Source: Candidatus Marinacidobacterium sp.
GTDB lineage: Bacteria; Acidobacteriota; Vicinamibacteria; Marinacidobacterales; Marinacidobacteraceae
DNA length: 64,000 nucleotides
Assembly (NCBI GenBank): GCA_965204755.1
Contig: OZ242011.1
Span: 1,248,001 to 1,312,000, forward strand
Direction: 5' to 3'
Below, piece after piece: positions 26,627 to 37,298 of this stretch. Made by a program: the position numbers and the translations under genes. Below the pieces are notes generated by a model. That model was not told the DNA's origin. It was given only the letters and a program-made list of their open reading frames with translations, and searched no databases. The first letter of the stretch is position 1; each line of letters opens with the position of its first letter.

Positions 26627-28246
26627 CTAGTCCTCCGCCGGGGCCGGCTCGACCGCCCCCGCCGACGCCTCCGGCCCGGAAGGGGACGGCGGCTTCTCGC
26701 CGGAGCGCGCCGACGCCGAAGCGTCGTCGTCCAGTTGCGCCCGCCACCTCTCGATCTGGCGGGCGGCGGCGTCCCGGCCCCCGAGGCCGAAGGCCACCGC
26801 GAAAGCGACCGCCACCGCGCCCAGCACGATCCCGAAGGCCAACTCGATGATCTCGTTGGCGATTCCCATCTGCTCCAGGCCGATGGCCGTCGTGAACAGC
26901 AGGATGCCGATCCGGGCCAGGAGGGCGAACAGGCGCGCCTGGGGGATGGAACTCGCGGCGATCGCCCGCGCCGAGAACGAGGCGAGGGCCACGCCGATCC
27001 CGAGGAAGACCAGCCCCAGGAAGACATGGCCGGCGAACTCCAGCAGCCGGGTGAGCAGCCCGGAGGCGTTGTCGAAGCCGATCAGGCTCGCGGCCTCGAT
27101 GGCGGCCACCACCATGATGAGCGCGAGCAGCAGCACCCGGACGATGTTGGAGGCGGAGAGTTCCTCGGGAGGCGCCGCGCCGGTGAGGCCGATCCGCGTC
27201 AGCAGGTGGTCGAAGCCGCCCTCGTGGAGCAGGTCGCGCACCAGGTTGGAGACGATCCTCCCGACGATGTAGGCGGTGAGCAGCAGGCCGGCGGCCACCA
27301 ACACCAGCGGCACCGCGCCGAGGACCCGTCCCAGCACATCGGTCGCCGGGCCGGTGATCACTTCGAGGCCCAGGCGGTCGAGACCGGTAAGGATCACCGG
27401 GAACAGCACCAGCAGGTAGGCGAGGCCGCCGACGACGCCCGACGGATTGCGGGAGCCCAGCACCCGGCGCGCGCCGAGCCGCTCGGCGGCCCGGTCGAAG
27501 CCCAGCACGGCGAGCAGGTTCACCACCATCGCCCGGACGATGCGCGCGAGCAGCCAGCCGGCGAGCAGGATGATGACCGCCCCCAGCACATTCGGCAGGA
27601 ACCGGATCACCTCGTCCACGACGGTCTCCACCGGCAGCAGGACGCCTTCGAGATCGAGCGCCCGGAGCACCGCCGGGAGGAACAGCAGCAGGACGATCCA
27701 GTACACCGCCTCGGGGACGGTGTGGGACAGCCGCGAGGGCCGGGCCTCCCCGCCGCCGGACTCGTCCAGCCGGTCGTCCACCCCGGCCAGGTCGAGCGCC
27801 GCCCGCACCGCGCGGCGGAGGACCGCGGCCAGCACCCAGGCGGCCACGAGCAGGATCAGCGCCCGCCCCAACTGGGCGGTGAGCCCCATCACCCGGTCCA
27901 GCAACTCCCCGGAGGCGCCGCCCACGCTGCCGACCGGCGCCACCGAAGCGATGCCGGCGCCGACGAGGATCAGGAGACCCCAGAAGAGGATGCGGCCGGC
28001 CAGCCGGTCCACATCGAGTTGCGCGGCGCGCTCCGGGCCGAGCACCAGCCGGATGCCGCCGCGCAGCCGGACCGCCACGCTCTCGCGGAGGCCGAGCCGG
28101 GACAGCAGGCGGCGGAGGACCGCCGCGGCGACCAGCGCGAGGCCGAAGGCGGCGGCGAGGACGCCGAGCGCGATCACCAGGTCCCCGACCGTGGTGTCGA
28201 AGATCGGAGGGATCCTCCGGAGCCAGTCGCCGAACTGTTGGGGCAT
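26627..28246 (-). CDS. Membrane protein with repeated conserved TM-helix units (CmpX/mechanosensitive-channel-associated)
   Basis: Repeated P.VLGA.IILL.GW.LAR.VR...L...G.D units. C-terminal AVAFGLGGRD.A. Confidence 0.8.
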   Translation of the reverse strand: MPQQFGDWLRRIPPIFDTTVGDLVIALGVLAAAFGLALVAAAVLRRLLSRLGLRESVAVRLRGGIRLVLGPERAAQLDVDRLAGRILFWGLLILVGAGIASVAPVGSVGGASGELLDRVMGLTAQLGRALILLVAAWVLAAVLRRAVRAALDLAGVDDRLDESGGGEARPSRLSHTVPEAVYWIVLLLFLPAVLRALDLEGVLLPVETVVDEVIRFLPNVLGAVIILLAGWLLARIVRAMVVNLLAVLGFDRAAERLGARRVLGSRNPSGVVGGLAYLLVLFPVILTGLDRLGLEVITGPATDVLGRVLGAVPLVLVAAGLLLTAYIVGRIVSNLVRDLLHEGGFDHLLTRIGLTGAAPPEELSASNIVRVLLLALIMVVAAIEAASLIGFDNASGLLTRLLEFAGHVFLGLVFLGIGVALASFSARAIAASSIPQARLFALLARIGILLFTTAIGLEQMGIANEIIELAFGIVLGAVAVAFAVAFGLGGRDAAARQIERWRAQLDDDASASARSGEKPPSPSGPEASAGAVEPAPAED

Positions 28247-28653
28247 GGCGGGATGTTAGTAGTTGCCCGGGGCGGGGAGCGGCGACTCGGCGGGGGCGCG
28301 CCGCCGACCGGAAACCGGCGTCCGGCGGGCGCGCGATCACCGGGTTTCGGGGGGGAGAGAGGCGGTGGAGCGGGGCCCGCGCGGCGCCGACGCGGCCTCC
28401 GGTCGCGCTGCCGCTCCACGGCTTCCCCGGGCCGACCGGGCGGCGCTCCGCGGCCTCCCGCCCGGCCGTCGGCGGCGCCGAACCCGGTCCCGGGAGCCGT
28501 TCCGAAGCGGTCCGACCCCGCCGCCTCGTGATAGATTCGCGGGCCGCCCGGCGGAGCGAACGCCCTCGGCCGACGCTCCGGGACACCCCGGCGCGGAGGC
28601 CGGCGGCAGCTGCTCCGCGCCGGGAGGAGTCGACGAGAAGGAGTCATCACCAC

Positions 28654-29961
28654 ATGCTGCGCCGCCGTTTCCTGAACTCGCTGGGCGAGGCCGGCGGCGC
28701 CGCCTTGGTCACCACCCTGTTCGGCCCGGAAGCGGTCGCCCGCATCGAGGCCGCGAACCGCCGGGCGCCGGCCGCCGAAACTCCCGAGGAGCGGGCGAGG
28801 GACGAGAGTTACTGGGCGGATGTCCAGCAGGCGTTCAGCGTTTCGAGATCGATCATCAACCTGAACAACGGCGGCGTCTGTCCGTCGCCGCGAATGGTCA
28901 CCGAGGCCTTCGTCCGCTACACCTGGGCGCAGGAAGAAGCCCCGGTGTACACCATGTGGCAGGTTCTCGAGCCGCGGAAGGAATTGGTCCGGCAGCGGCT
29001 TGCCGGAATCTTCGGTTGCGACCCGGAAGAGATCGCGCTCGTGCGGAACACCTCGGAGGCCATGGAGATCCTGCTTCTGGGCATGGACTTGAAGGCCGGG
29101 GACCAAGTCCTCACGACGACCCAGGACTACGGCCGGATGATCACGACGCTCGACCAGCGAGTGCGCCGCGAAGGGATCGAGATCGAGTACATCCAGGTGC
29201 CGACGCCGGCGGAGACCGACGAGGAAGTCATCGAGGGCTTCCGGAACGCGATCACCGACCGAACGCGCCTGATCCTGATGTGCCACCAGATCAACTTGAC
29301 CGGCCAGATCCTGCCGGTGAAGGCCATCTGCGACCTCGCCCGGGAGCGGGGCGTCGAGGTCATGGTGGACGGCGCCCATTCCTTCGCCCAGTTCGATTTC
29401 CGTCGCGACGACATCGGCTGCGACTACTTCGGCACCAGCCTCCACAAGTGGCTGCTCGCGCCGAAGGGCACCGGGATGCTCTATGTGAAGAAGGACCGCA
29501 TCCCCTCCATCTGGCCGCTCATGCCCGCCCCGGAGCGCCTGTCCGACGACATCCGCAAATTCGAGGAGATCGGCACGCATCCGGCGGCGAATTTCATAGC
29601 CGTAGGCGAAGCGATCACCTTCCACGAGACGGTCGGCGCGGAGAACAAGGAAGCGCGCCTCCGCTATCTCAAGGATGTCTGGGCCGAGCGGCTCTCGGCG
29701 CTGCCCGGGACCGAACTCCACACCTCCCTCGACCCCCGGATGAGTTGCGCCATCGGCAACATCGACCTGAAGTCCGTGGAGCCTCCGCGGCTGAGGGACT
29801 ACTTCTGGGACCGACACCACATCATCGTCACCCCGATCATGCACGAGGAGTTCCGGGGGCTCCGCATCACGCCGAACCTCTACACCACCATGGCGGAACT
29901 CGACTACTTCTGCGAAGTCTATGAACACATCGCCCGAAACGGCCTCCCCAAATCGGCCTGA
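28654..29961 (+). CDS. Class V PLP-dependent aminotransferase (isopenicillin N epimerase-like) with Tat signal
   Basis: RRRFL twin-arginine motif, NLNNGG, RNTSEA, VDGAH, SLHKWL (PLP lysine). Confidence 0.9.
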   Translation: MLRRRFLNSLGEAGGAALVTTLFGPEAVARIEAANRRAPAAETPEERARDESYWADVQQAFSVSRSIINLNNGGVCPSPRMVTEAFVRYTWAQEEAPVYTMWQVLEPRKELVRQRLAGIFGCDPEEIALVRNTSEAMEILLLGMDLKAGDQVLTTTQDYGRMITTLDQRVRREGIEIEYIQVPTPAETDEEVIEGFRNAITDRTRLILMCHQINLTGQILPVKAICDLARERGVEVMVDGAHSFAQFDFRRDDIGCDYFGTSLHKWLLAPKGTGMLYVKKDRIPSIWPLMPAPERLSDDIRKFEEIGTHPAANFIAVGEAITFHETVGAENKEARLRYLKDVWAERLSALPGTELHTSLDPRMSCAIGNIDLKSVEPPRLRDYFWDRHHIIVTPIMHEEFRGLRITPNLYTTMAELDYFCEVYEHIARNGLPKSA

Positions 29962-30081
29962 TCCGAGGCGGCGCGTCGAAGCGCGCCCCGGCAGGGTCTC
30001 CCGCCTCCCGCGCCGCCGGCGGTCCGGCCCGACCTCCGACCGGACGGCCTCGCCCGTCCGCGGCCCGGTCCCTTCCGCCCC

Positions 30082-31626
30082 GTGCTCCAGCCGGCCGCGC
30101 GCCTGAGTCCCGCCGTGCCCGCCAACGAGCCCAGCCCCGCGATCTCGCCGGAAGCGAGCGCCCTTCCGGCGTTCCGGCAGTACGACTTCAACTCCGTCTT
30201 CTACGACGAGATGTTCGACGAGAAGGGGGCGACGCGCGAACACTGTCTCCCGTTCTTCGACCTCCTGCGCGCCACGGCCCCCGACGAAATGGCGCAGATC
30301 CAGGACCGGGTGCGGCGGTCCTTCCTCCACGAGGGAATCACCTTCACGGTGTACGGCGACGAGCAGACCCTGGAGCGCGTGTTCCCCATCGATTGCCTGC
30401 CGAGGATGATCCAGGGCGACGAATGGGATCGGGTCGCGGTCGGTCTCGAACAACGCATCAAGGCGCTGAACCTGTTCCTCCACGATGTGTACCATCAAGG
30501 CCGCATCATCCGGGACGGCATCGTGCCGGCGGAGATGATCTACGGCAGCAAGCACTACCGGCAGGAGATGCGCGGGGTGCATGTGCCCCACGGCGCCTAT
30601 GTCTCCGTGTGCGGGAGCGATCTGGTGCGCACCCACGACGGCTTCGCGGTGCTGGAAGACAATCTCCGGGTCCCTTCCGGCGTCAGTTACATGCTCGCCT
30701 GCCGGGATGCGGTCAAGCGCAGCCTTCCCCGGCTCTTCCGGCAGTCCCGGGTGCGGGATGTCGAGGACTACAGCCAACGGCTGCTCGAGATCCTCCGCTC
30801 GCTCGCGTCGTCGCGCGCCGCCGATCCGAACATCGTGCTGCTGACGCCGGGCGTGTACAACTCCGCCTACTACGAGCACGCGTTCCTGGCGCGGCAGATG
30901 GGCATCGAATTGGTGGCCGGACGCGACCTGCTGGTGCACAACGAGCGCGTCTTCATGCGCACGACCAGCGGACTCAAGGCCGTGGATGTCATCTATCGGC
31001 GGATAGACGACGACTTCATAGATCCGGTCACTTTCCGGGCCGACTCGCTGCTCGGCGTGCCCGGCCTGTTCCACGCCTACCGCGCCGGACGCGTCGTGAT
31101 CGCGAACGCGCCCGGCACCGGGATCGCCGACGACAAGGGCGTGTACGCGTATGTGCCGCGCATCATCGAGTACTACCTGGGCGAGAAACCGCTTCTCGAC
31201 AACATCCCGACCACCCTCTGCCGGGAGCCGGAAGGACTCAAGTACACGCTGGACAACCTGGACAAACTCGTCGTGAAACTGGTCGGCGAATCGGGCGGGT
31301 ACGGAATGCTCGTCGGCCCGCACGCCACGAAGGCGGAACGGGCGGAGTTCGCCGGGTTCCTGCGCGAACACCCGGAGGACTACATCTCGCAGCCCACGCT
31401 CGCGCTGTCCCGGTCGCCTTGCCTGGTCGGCGCCCACATCGAACCCCGGCATGTGGATCTTCGCCCGTTCGTCCTCCACGCCGACCGCACCGAAATCGTC
31501 CCGGGCGGTCTTTGCCGAGTGGCCCTGAAACGGGGCAGTCTGGTCGTGAACTCCAGCCAGGGCGGCGGTTCCAAGGACGCCTGGATCGTGGACCGCCCCG
31601 GCGCGGCCGCGGAAAACGGAGCCTGA
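30082..31626 (+). CDS. Circularly permuted type 2 ATP-grasp protein
   Basis: GITFTVY, VLEDNLRVPSGVSY, LTPG.YNSAYYEH, VIYRRIDDDF.DP, SGGYGM, VVNSSQGGGSKD.W. Confidence 0.93.
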   Translation: MLQPAARLSPAVPANEPSPAISPEASALPAFRQYDFNSVFYDEMFDEKGATREHCLPFFDLLRATAPDEMAQIQDRVRRSFLHEGITFTVYGDEQTLERVFPIDCLPRMIQGDEWDRVAVGLEQRIKALNLFLHDVYHQGRIIRDGIVPAEMIYGSKHYRQEMRGVHVPHGAYVSVCGSDLVRTHDGFAVLEDNLRVPSGVSYMLACRDAVKRSLPRLFRQSRVRDVEDYSQRLLEILRSLASSRAADPNIVLLTPGVYNSAYYEHAFLARQMGIELVAGRDLLVHNERVFMRTTSGLKAVDVIYRRIDDDFIDPVTFRADSLLGVPGLFHAYRAGRVVIANAPGTGIADDKGVYAYVPRIIEYYLGEKPLLDNIPTTLCREPEGLKYTLDNLDKLVVKLVGESGGYGMLVGPHATKAERAEFAGFLREHPEDYISQPTLALSRSPCLVGAHIEPRHVDLRPFVLHADRTEIVPGGLCRVALKRGSLVVNSSQGGGSKDAWIVDRPGAAAENGA

Positions 31627-31630
31627 TCCC

Positions 31631-32605
31631 ATGCTGGCCCGAGTCGCGGACAACCTCTTCTGGATGAGCCGCTACCTGGAGCGCGCCGACCAGACCGCCC
31701 GACTGCTCCGGGTCCAGGTCGGCGCGCTCGCCGACCGCCCGACGACCGAGATCGCCTCCGGCTGGAAGCGGCTCTTCCAGAGCCTGTCCACCCTTCCGCC
31801 CGGCGGTCCGGCCTTCTACCAGGAGGATGTGGACGAGAACTTCCTGCTCGCCGACGCCTACTCCCTGACCGACTACATGACCTTCGAGGCGGACAACGCG
31901 AACTCGGTGCTCGCCCTCTGGGCCCGGTCCCGGGAGAATGCGCGGCAGGCCCGGCAGGAGATCACTTCGGAGATGTGGGGGCACCTGAACCGGTACTACC
32001 TCACGCTGAAAGAGACCCAGTTGCAGTCGTTTTGGAAGAAGGAGCCGGAGCAGTTCTTCCGGGACACCTCGGCGCGCATCTACCTGTTCCGGGGAGTCAC
32101 CGACAACAGCCTGCGGCACGGACTCGCCTGGGACTTCATCCGGCTCGGCAGGTTCATGGAGCGGATCCAGATCACCGCGGAGATCCTGGAGGTGCACCTT
32201 CCCGGCCTCTCGGAACAGGGCGACCACATCGACTGGGCGTTGCTCCTGCGCAACTGCGCCAGTTTCGAGCCCTTCTGCAAGCACCATACGGCCGTGCTCC
32301 GGCCGGACCGGGTCATGGAATTCCTGATGTACGAACCGGAGTCGCCGCACACCCTCCGGTTCGCCGCCGAAGAGATCCGGAACGGGTTGAACCGCATCGA
32401 CCCGGCCGGCGGCGCCCGGCACCCGCTCCACTCGGCGCACCGGCTGGCCGGGCAACTGCGCGCCCTCCTCGCGTACAGCCCGACCCGGAGCGACGCCCTC
32501 GCCGCTACGCTGGGTGAAGTGCGCGGCCTCAGCCGCGACCTCCACAACGAGATCTACTCGCGGTACATCAACTACACCGCCGATCAAGTGCTCCAGTTCT
32601 CCTGA
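31631..32605 (+). CDS. Alpha-E domain-containing protein
   Basis: MLARVADNLFWMSRYLERAD..AR, RENAR..R, LGRFMER. Confidence 0.92.
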   Translation: MLARVADNLFWMSRYLERADQTARLLRVQVGALADRPTTEIASGWKRLFQSLSTLPPGGPAFYQEDVDENFLLADAYSLTDYMTFEADNANSVLALWARSRENARQARQEITSEMWGHLNRYYLTLKETQLQSFWKKEPEQFFRDTSARIYLFRGVTDNSLRHGLAWDFIRLGRFMERIQITAEILEVHLPGLSEQGDHIDWALLLRNCASFEPFCKHHTAVLRPDRVMEFLMYEPESPHTLRFAAEEIRNGLNRIDPAGGARHPLHSAHRLAGQLRALLAYSPTRSDALAATLGEVRGLSRDLHNEIYSRYINYTADQVLQFS

Positions 32606-32616
32606 CCGATCCCCCG

Positions 32617-33558
32617 ATGCCAAAGACCCGAGAAGCCGCCCTCTACCAGATCGAGCACTTCACGGCCTTCGAATACGAAGAGCCGGTGCGCGAGACCTTC
32701 ATGACGGTGTTCTTGAAGCCCAAGAGCAGCCCTACGCAACAACTGGAGGCGTTCTCGATCACCACGAACCCCGGCGCCGAACTCTCCTCCTACGAGGATT
32801 CGTTCGGAAACACCGCGCACTTCTTCGATGTCCCGGGAAAGCACGACCGGTTGACCGTGAAGGCGGAGTCCGTGGTCGCCGTCCATCCCTCCGGGTCGGA
32901 ACCGGTGACGGAAGAGGCCTCACCCGAACCGGACGAGCAGCCGGACTGGGACGCGCTCAAGGAACTCCACACGCCGCGGCTGTGGCACTACCTGAACGGC
33001 ACCGACCTCACCCGGCCGACACCCACGCTGGCCAACTTCCTGCGGCAGGAAGAGATCGAGCGCGGCGCGACGCCGCTCGACTCCATCCGGGAGTTGACCC
33101 GGCGCATCCCGGAGGCGCTCTCGTTCCGCGCCGGAAGCACCCGGGTGGACTCCCCGATCGACGACGCGCTCACCGCGAAGAGCGGCGTCTGCCAGGACTT
33201 CGCGCACCTGATGCTGGCGGTCGTGCGGGGCTGGGGCATCCCGGCGCGGTACATTTCCGGGTATGTGTTCCCGTACCCCGGCGAGACCGCGGCGAGCCAT
33301 GCGTGGGTGGAATGCCTGCTCCCCGGTTTCGGCTGGGTCGAGGCCGACCCGGCGAACGGCGTCCGCCCCGGGGCGCAGCACATCCGGCTGGCCGCGGGCC
33401 GGGACTACCGGGATGTGCCGCCCACCCGAGGCCACTTCCTCGCCGCGACGCGCGAGGAGTTGACCGTGAATGTCCGGATCAGCGCGCTCGACGGCGCCTA
33501 TCGCCCGGAGGGGGAACGCCCGGCGTCCGCCGCCGGCAACGGAATTTCCGGGGCGTAA
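32617..33558 (+). CDS. Transglutaminase family protein
   Basis: D.FGN, catalytic GVCQDFAH, ARYISGY, SHAWVE, DP.N, GRDY.DVPP. Confidence 0.93.
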   Translation: MPKTREAALYQIEHFTAFEYEEPVRETFMTVFLKPKSSPTQQLEAFSITTNPGAELSSYEDSFGNTAHFFDVPGKHDRLTVKAESVVAVHPSGSEPVTEEASPEPDEQPDWDALKELHTPRLWHYLNGTDLTRPTPTLANFLRQEEIERGATPLDSIRELTRRIPEALSFRAGSTRVDSPIDDALTAKSGVCQDFAHLMLAVVRGWGIPARYISGYVFPYPGETAASHAWVECLLPGFGWVEADPANGVRPGAQHIRLAAGRDYRDVPPTRGHFLAATREELTVNVRISALDGAYRPEGERPASAAGNGISGA

Positions 33559-33624
33559 CGGGCCCCGACGACCGAATGGGATGGACGAGATCGGCCCGAC
33601 CGCCCATCCCCACGCGAACGCCGA

Positions 33625-34104
33625 ATGACCGACTCCGCGCCGAGCGGCGCCGACGCGGCGGCGCCCGTGTCCTTCTCGCGCGAGATCGCCGCTGATCTCC
33701 AGGAACTCAGCCGGCTCACGGAGGAACTCGAGGAGTTTTCCGAGACGCATGGAGTCCAACCGGCGCAGGCCCAGCGCGTCACCCTCTCGGTGGACGAGTT
33801 GGTCACGAACATCATCAACTACGGCTCGCCGGACGGCTCGAGCGGGGCGATTCATGTCCGGGTCGAAGTCGCCGCCGGCGCGGTCCGAATCGAAATCGAA
33901 CACAAGGGCTTCCCGTTCAATCCATTCGAGGAAGTCGCCGCCCCGGACACCAGTCTGCCGCTCGAAGAGAGACCGATCGGCGGGCTGGGCGTATTCCTGG
34001 TCAAGTCCCTCATGACCAGTGTTCACTACGAACACCAAAACGGCAGGAACCTGGTCGTTCTCACCCGGTCGTTGGACGACGCCGGGAAGGAGGAAACCTC
34101 ATGA
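33625..34104 (+). CDS. Anti-sigma factor Ser/Thr kinase (RsbW-like)
   Basis: DELVTNIINYG, G.PFNP, ERPIGGLG.FLV, G.N. Confidence 0.88.
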   Translation: MTDSAPSGADAAAPVSFSREIAADLQELSRLTEELEEFSETHGVQPAQAQRVTLSVDELVTNIINYGSPDGSSGAIHVRVEVAAGAVRIEIEHKGFPFNPFEEVAAPDTSLPLEERPIGGLGVFLVKSLMTSVHYEHQNGRNLVVLTRSLDDAGKEETS

Positions 34105-34439
34105 ACCTCACCGACGAGACCAAGAACGGAGTCATCGTCTTCTCCCCGGAAGGCCGGATCGACACCCGGTCGAGCAGCGCCTTCGAACAGGGCGTGATGG
34201 CGCGAGTGGACGGCGCCGAAGGCCCCGTCAACATCGTGATGAACTTCACGAAACTCGACTACATCAACAGCACCGGGATGCGCGTGCTGTTGATCCTGGC
34301 GAAGCGCCTCTCCGGTCTCAACGGGAAACTGGTCCTGTGCGAGATGAAGGAGCACATCCTGGAGGTGTTCAAGATCAGCGGGTTCAACCAGATCCTGAAG
34401 ATCGTCGGCACCGAAGACGAAGCGCTGGCGGAGTTCTGA
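34101..34439 (+). CDS. STAS-domain anti-sigma factor antagonist
   Basis: GRID, LDYINSTGMRVL, VFKISGF. ATGA-coupled to the RsbW-like gene. Confidence 0.92.
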   Translation: MNLTDETKNGVIVFSPEGRIDTRSSSAFEQGVMARVDGAEGPVNIVMNFTKLDYINSTGMRVLLILAKRLSGLNGKLVLCEMKEHILEVFKISGFNQILKIVGTEDEALAEF

Positions 34440-35428
34440 TCCGGCCGGCTCTTCGGGGGGCGGGCCCGACGGCCGCCCTCCTTGCCGGCGTCGGCCTCGC
34501 GGCCGGCGGAGGGCTCCCCGCGTGCGGCGGCGGGGGCACCGCGCCCCCGCCGCCCACCGCTCCCGAGCCGGCGCCGGTCGGAGGGGGCGTGGTGGCCCCG
34601 TTCGGCGGAGACCGGTTGGTGGAACACCGGATCGGCGGCGCCCGTCCGGCCCGCCTCCTGGTTCCCGCCGGAACCGGCCCTTCGACCCCCCTGCCGCTGG
34701 TGGTCAACCTCCACGGCTTCGGCAGCGACGGCCGGCAGCAGGATCTCTACTTCGGGATGTCACCGCGCGCGGCGGAGGCCGGTTTCGCCCTGGTGAGCCC
34801 GGACGGGACGCAGAACGGCGAGGGGCTGCGTTTCTGGAACGCGACCGACTACTGCTGCGACCTCGAGGGCGCCGGGGTGGACGATGTGGGCTACCTCGCC
34901 GACCTCGTCGAGGATGCCGAGCAGTTCTTCGCCGTTCGCGGCGTCTTCCTCACCGGGATGTCCAACGGCGGCTTCATGGCGTATCGGGCGGCGTGCGACG
35001 GCGCCGTGCCCGGCTTGACCGGCGTCATGGTGGTCGCCGGATCCTCGTGGTACGACGCCTCCCGCTGCGCTTCGCCTTCCGAGGTCTCCGTCCTCCATCT
35101 CCACGGCACGAAGGACGGGACGATCGGGTTCGACGGCTGGACGCCGCGGCCCGGCCCCAAGGGGGACGCCGGCCACCCCGGGGCCGAGGAGGTCGTCCGC
35201 CGCTGGGCCGAACGCGCCGGCTGCGACCCGACCCCGGCCGAATCCCCGGACGCCCTCGACCTGGACTTCGAAACGCCCGGCGCCGAGACCCGCATCCGCC
35301 GCTACCGCGGCTGCCGCGGCGGCCGCGCCGTCGAACTCTGGGTCATGAACGGCTCCGGCCATGTCCCGGACTTCGGCGGCGGTCTCGGCCGCCGCCTCGC
35401 CGACTGGATCACCCTCCGCCGGCGGTAG
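34436..35428 (+). CDS. PHB depolymerase / LpqC-like esterase lipoprotein
   Basis: LPAC lipobox-like motif, PLVVNLHG, VDDVG, nucleophile GMSNGG, HGTKD, GH. Start uncertain (in-frame CTG overlapping the STAS stop). Confidence 0.82.
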   Translation: MIRPALRGAGPTAALLAGVGLAAGGGLPACGGGGTAPPPPTAPEPAPVGGGVVAPFGGDRLVEHRIGGARPARLLVPAGTGPSTPLPLVVNLHGFGSDGRQQDLYFGMSPRAAEAGFALVSPDGTQNGEGLRFWNATDYCCDLEGAGVDDVGYLADLVEDAEQFFAVRGVFLTGMSNGGFMAYRAACDGAVPGLTGVMVVAGSSWYDASRCASPSEVSVLHLHGTKDGTIGFDGWTPRPGPKGDAGHPGAEEVVRRWAERAGCDPTPAESPDALDLDFETPGAETRIRRYRGCRGGRAVELWVMNGSGHVPDFGGGLGRRLADWITLRRR

Positions 35429-35459
35429 GCGGCGCGCCCGGGGCGCCGGGCCGACCGGC

Positions 35460-36107
35460 CTACGCGGGCGGTTCGCCGGTCGGGCGTTCCGCTTCGGCCG
35501 GCCCGGGGTCCGCGCCGCCCGGGTCCCGCCCGTAGATCGGTTCGTCCTCGATGGGCTCCAGGTACTTCTCCACCCCCGGAGGCCCCAGCCGCCGCAGCGC
35601 GACGGTGCGCCCCTTGGAGAGCCACGCGGAGGCCCCCACCCGGACGAACATCTCCACTTCCACATCCTCCCAGAGTTCGCTGGAGAACATCCGGGCGGGA
35701 GAGTCCTTGGACAGGTAGTTGGAATCGGCGCGCAGGGTGTGCTCGACGCTGGCCTCGCCGGGCCGGAGCGGCCCCTCGGAAACGGAGTGGAGGTAACCGG
35801 TGCCCCAAGCCTCCTCCGGCGCGGACTCCCGGCGGAACACCGACATCACCTGGACATACTGGATGGGCTCCTCGTTCCGGTTCCGCAACCGGAAACGCAC
35901 CGCCGGCCGAATGTAGTTGTTGCCCTCGGTGTCCTGGCCGCGCACGGCCCAGTAAGCCACGAGGTCGGCCACCTCCATCCCGGCCGCATTCTCGTCCGCG
36001 CCCGCGTCGGTGCAGGCCGCGAGAACGAACAGGGCCAGCGGCGCCGAGAGCGCGAATGCCGCCGCTGCCGCAGCGGGCGAAGCAGCCGAAAAGCGCCGAA
36101 AACGCAT
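35460..36107 (-). CDS. Hypothetical lipoprotein
   Basis: Basic N-terminus, hydrophobic stretch, LAAC lipobox. Confidence 0.65.
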   Translation of the reverse strand: MRFRRFSAASPAAAAAAFALSAPLALFVLAACTDAGADENAAGMEVADLVAYWAVRGQDTEGNNYIRPAVRFRLRNRNEEPIQYVQVMSVFRRESAPEEAWGTGYLHSVSEGPLRPGEASVEHTLRADSNYLSKDSPARMFSSELWEDVEVEMFVRVGASAWLSKGRTVALRRLGPPGVEKYLEPIEDEPIYGRDPGGADPGPAEAERPTGEPPA

Positions 36108-36257
36108 GGAACGAGCCTCCGGGAACACGGTTTTCGGCCAGTATAATGACCGGCTGACGCGGCTGCCGTCCGGTCGCCGAGCCCGTCCCGCGAGACGGGT
36201 TCGACGGGCCGGTCGTCGAGTGGCGGCCGTAGTTTCGCGAGCGTCGGATCGGCCGTT

Positions 36258-37298
36258 TTGGAACCCGTTGTCCTGGTCGACCGGGTCTCCAAGAGATACG
36301 GCGCGGCGCTCGCCGTCCGTGACCTGAGTTTCTCGGTCGAAAAGGGCGAAGTGCTGGGCCTGCTGGGGCCGAACGGCGCCGGAAAGACGACCACCATGCG
36401 GGTCATCGCCGGCTTCATGCCGCCGAGCGAGGGGCGGGTGCTCGTCTCGGGGGCCGATCCGTCCGTCGAGCCGCTCGCGGCGCGGCGCAAGATCGGGTAC
36501 CTGCCGGAGTCGCCTCCGCTCTACCCGGAGATGGAAGTGGCGGGCTACCTGGAGTTCGCCGCGCGGCTGCGGGGCGTCGCGCCGAAGCGGGCCGCCGCCG
36601 CGGTGGATCGGGTCGTCGAGCAGTGCGCGCTCGGCGAGGCCCGCGGCCGGCTGATCGGGAAACTGAGCCGGGGTTACCGCCAACGCGTGGGTTTGGCGCA
36701 GGCCCTGGTGCATGACCCCGACGCGCTCATCCTCGACGAACCCACTTCCGGGCTCGATCCGAAACAGATCCACGAAACCCGGGAACTGGTGCGCGGCCTG
36801 GCCGGCGACCGCACCATCGTCCTCTCGACGCACATCCTTCCGGAAGTCGCCGCCACTTGTGACCGGGTGGTGATCATCAGCCGGGGCCGGCTGCGGGCGG
36901 AGGACACGCCGGAGCGGCTGGCTGCGGACTTGAGGCGGCGGCGCGAGGCGGACGAACCGGCGGCCAGGATCGAGATCGAGACCGCCGCGCCCGCGGACGC
37001 CGCGGTCGAGAAACTGCGGGAAACCGCCGGCGTCACTCTCGTCGCCGCCGGCCCGAAGACGCCCGAAGGCGCCGTCGTCCTGCAGATCGAGACCCGCGGC
37101 AGCGAGGACCGCCGCTCGGAACTCGCCCGAACGGTTCTCGACTCGGGCCGTCCGCTCCTGGGGCTGCGGAAGACGACCGCGAGTCTGGAGGAGGTCTTTC
37201 TCGAACTGACCACCGACGAACCGGCGGTGGAACCCGTGGGCGACGAGGACGCCGACGGCGCCGAACCGACGGAAGGCGCGTCGGCCCGGTCCGGATGA
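36258..37298 (+). CDS. ABC transporter ATP-binding protein (GldA-like)
   Basis: GPNGAGKT, LSRGYRQRVGLA, ILDEPTSGLDP, STH. Confidence 0.93.
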   Translation: MEPVVLVDRVSKRYGAALAVRDLSFSVEKGEVLGLLGPNGAGKTTTMRVIAGFMPPSEGRVLVSGADPSVEPLAARRKIGYLPESPPLYPEMEVAGYLEFAARLRGVAPKRAAAAVDRVVEQCALGEARGRLIGKLSRGYRQRVGLAQALVHDPDALILDEPTSGLDPKQIHETRELVRGLAGDRTIVLSTHILPEVAATCDRVVIISRGRLRAEDTPERLAADLRRRREADEPAARIEIETAAPADAAVEKLRETAGVTLVAAGPKTPEGAVVLQIETRGSEDRRSELARTVLDSGRPLLGLRKTTASLEEVFLELTTDEPAVEPVGDEDADGAEPTEGASARSG

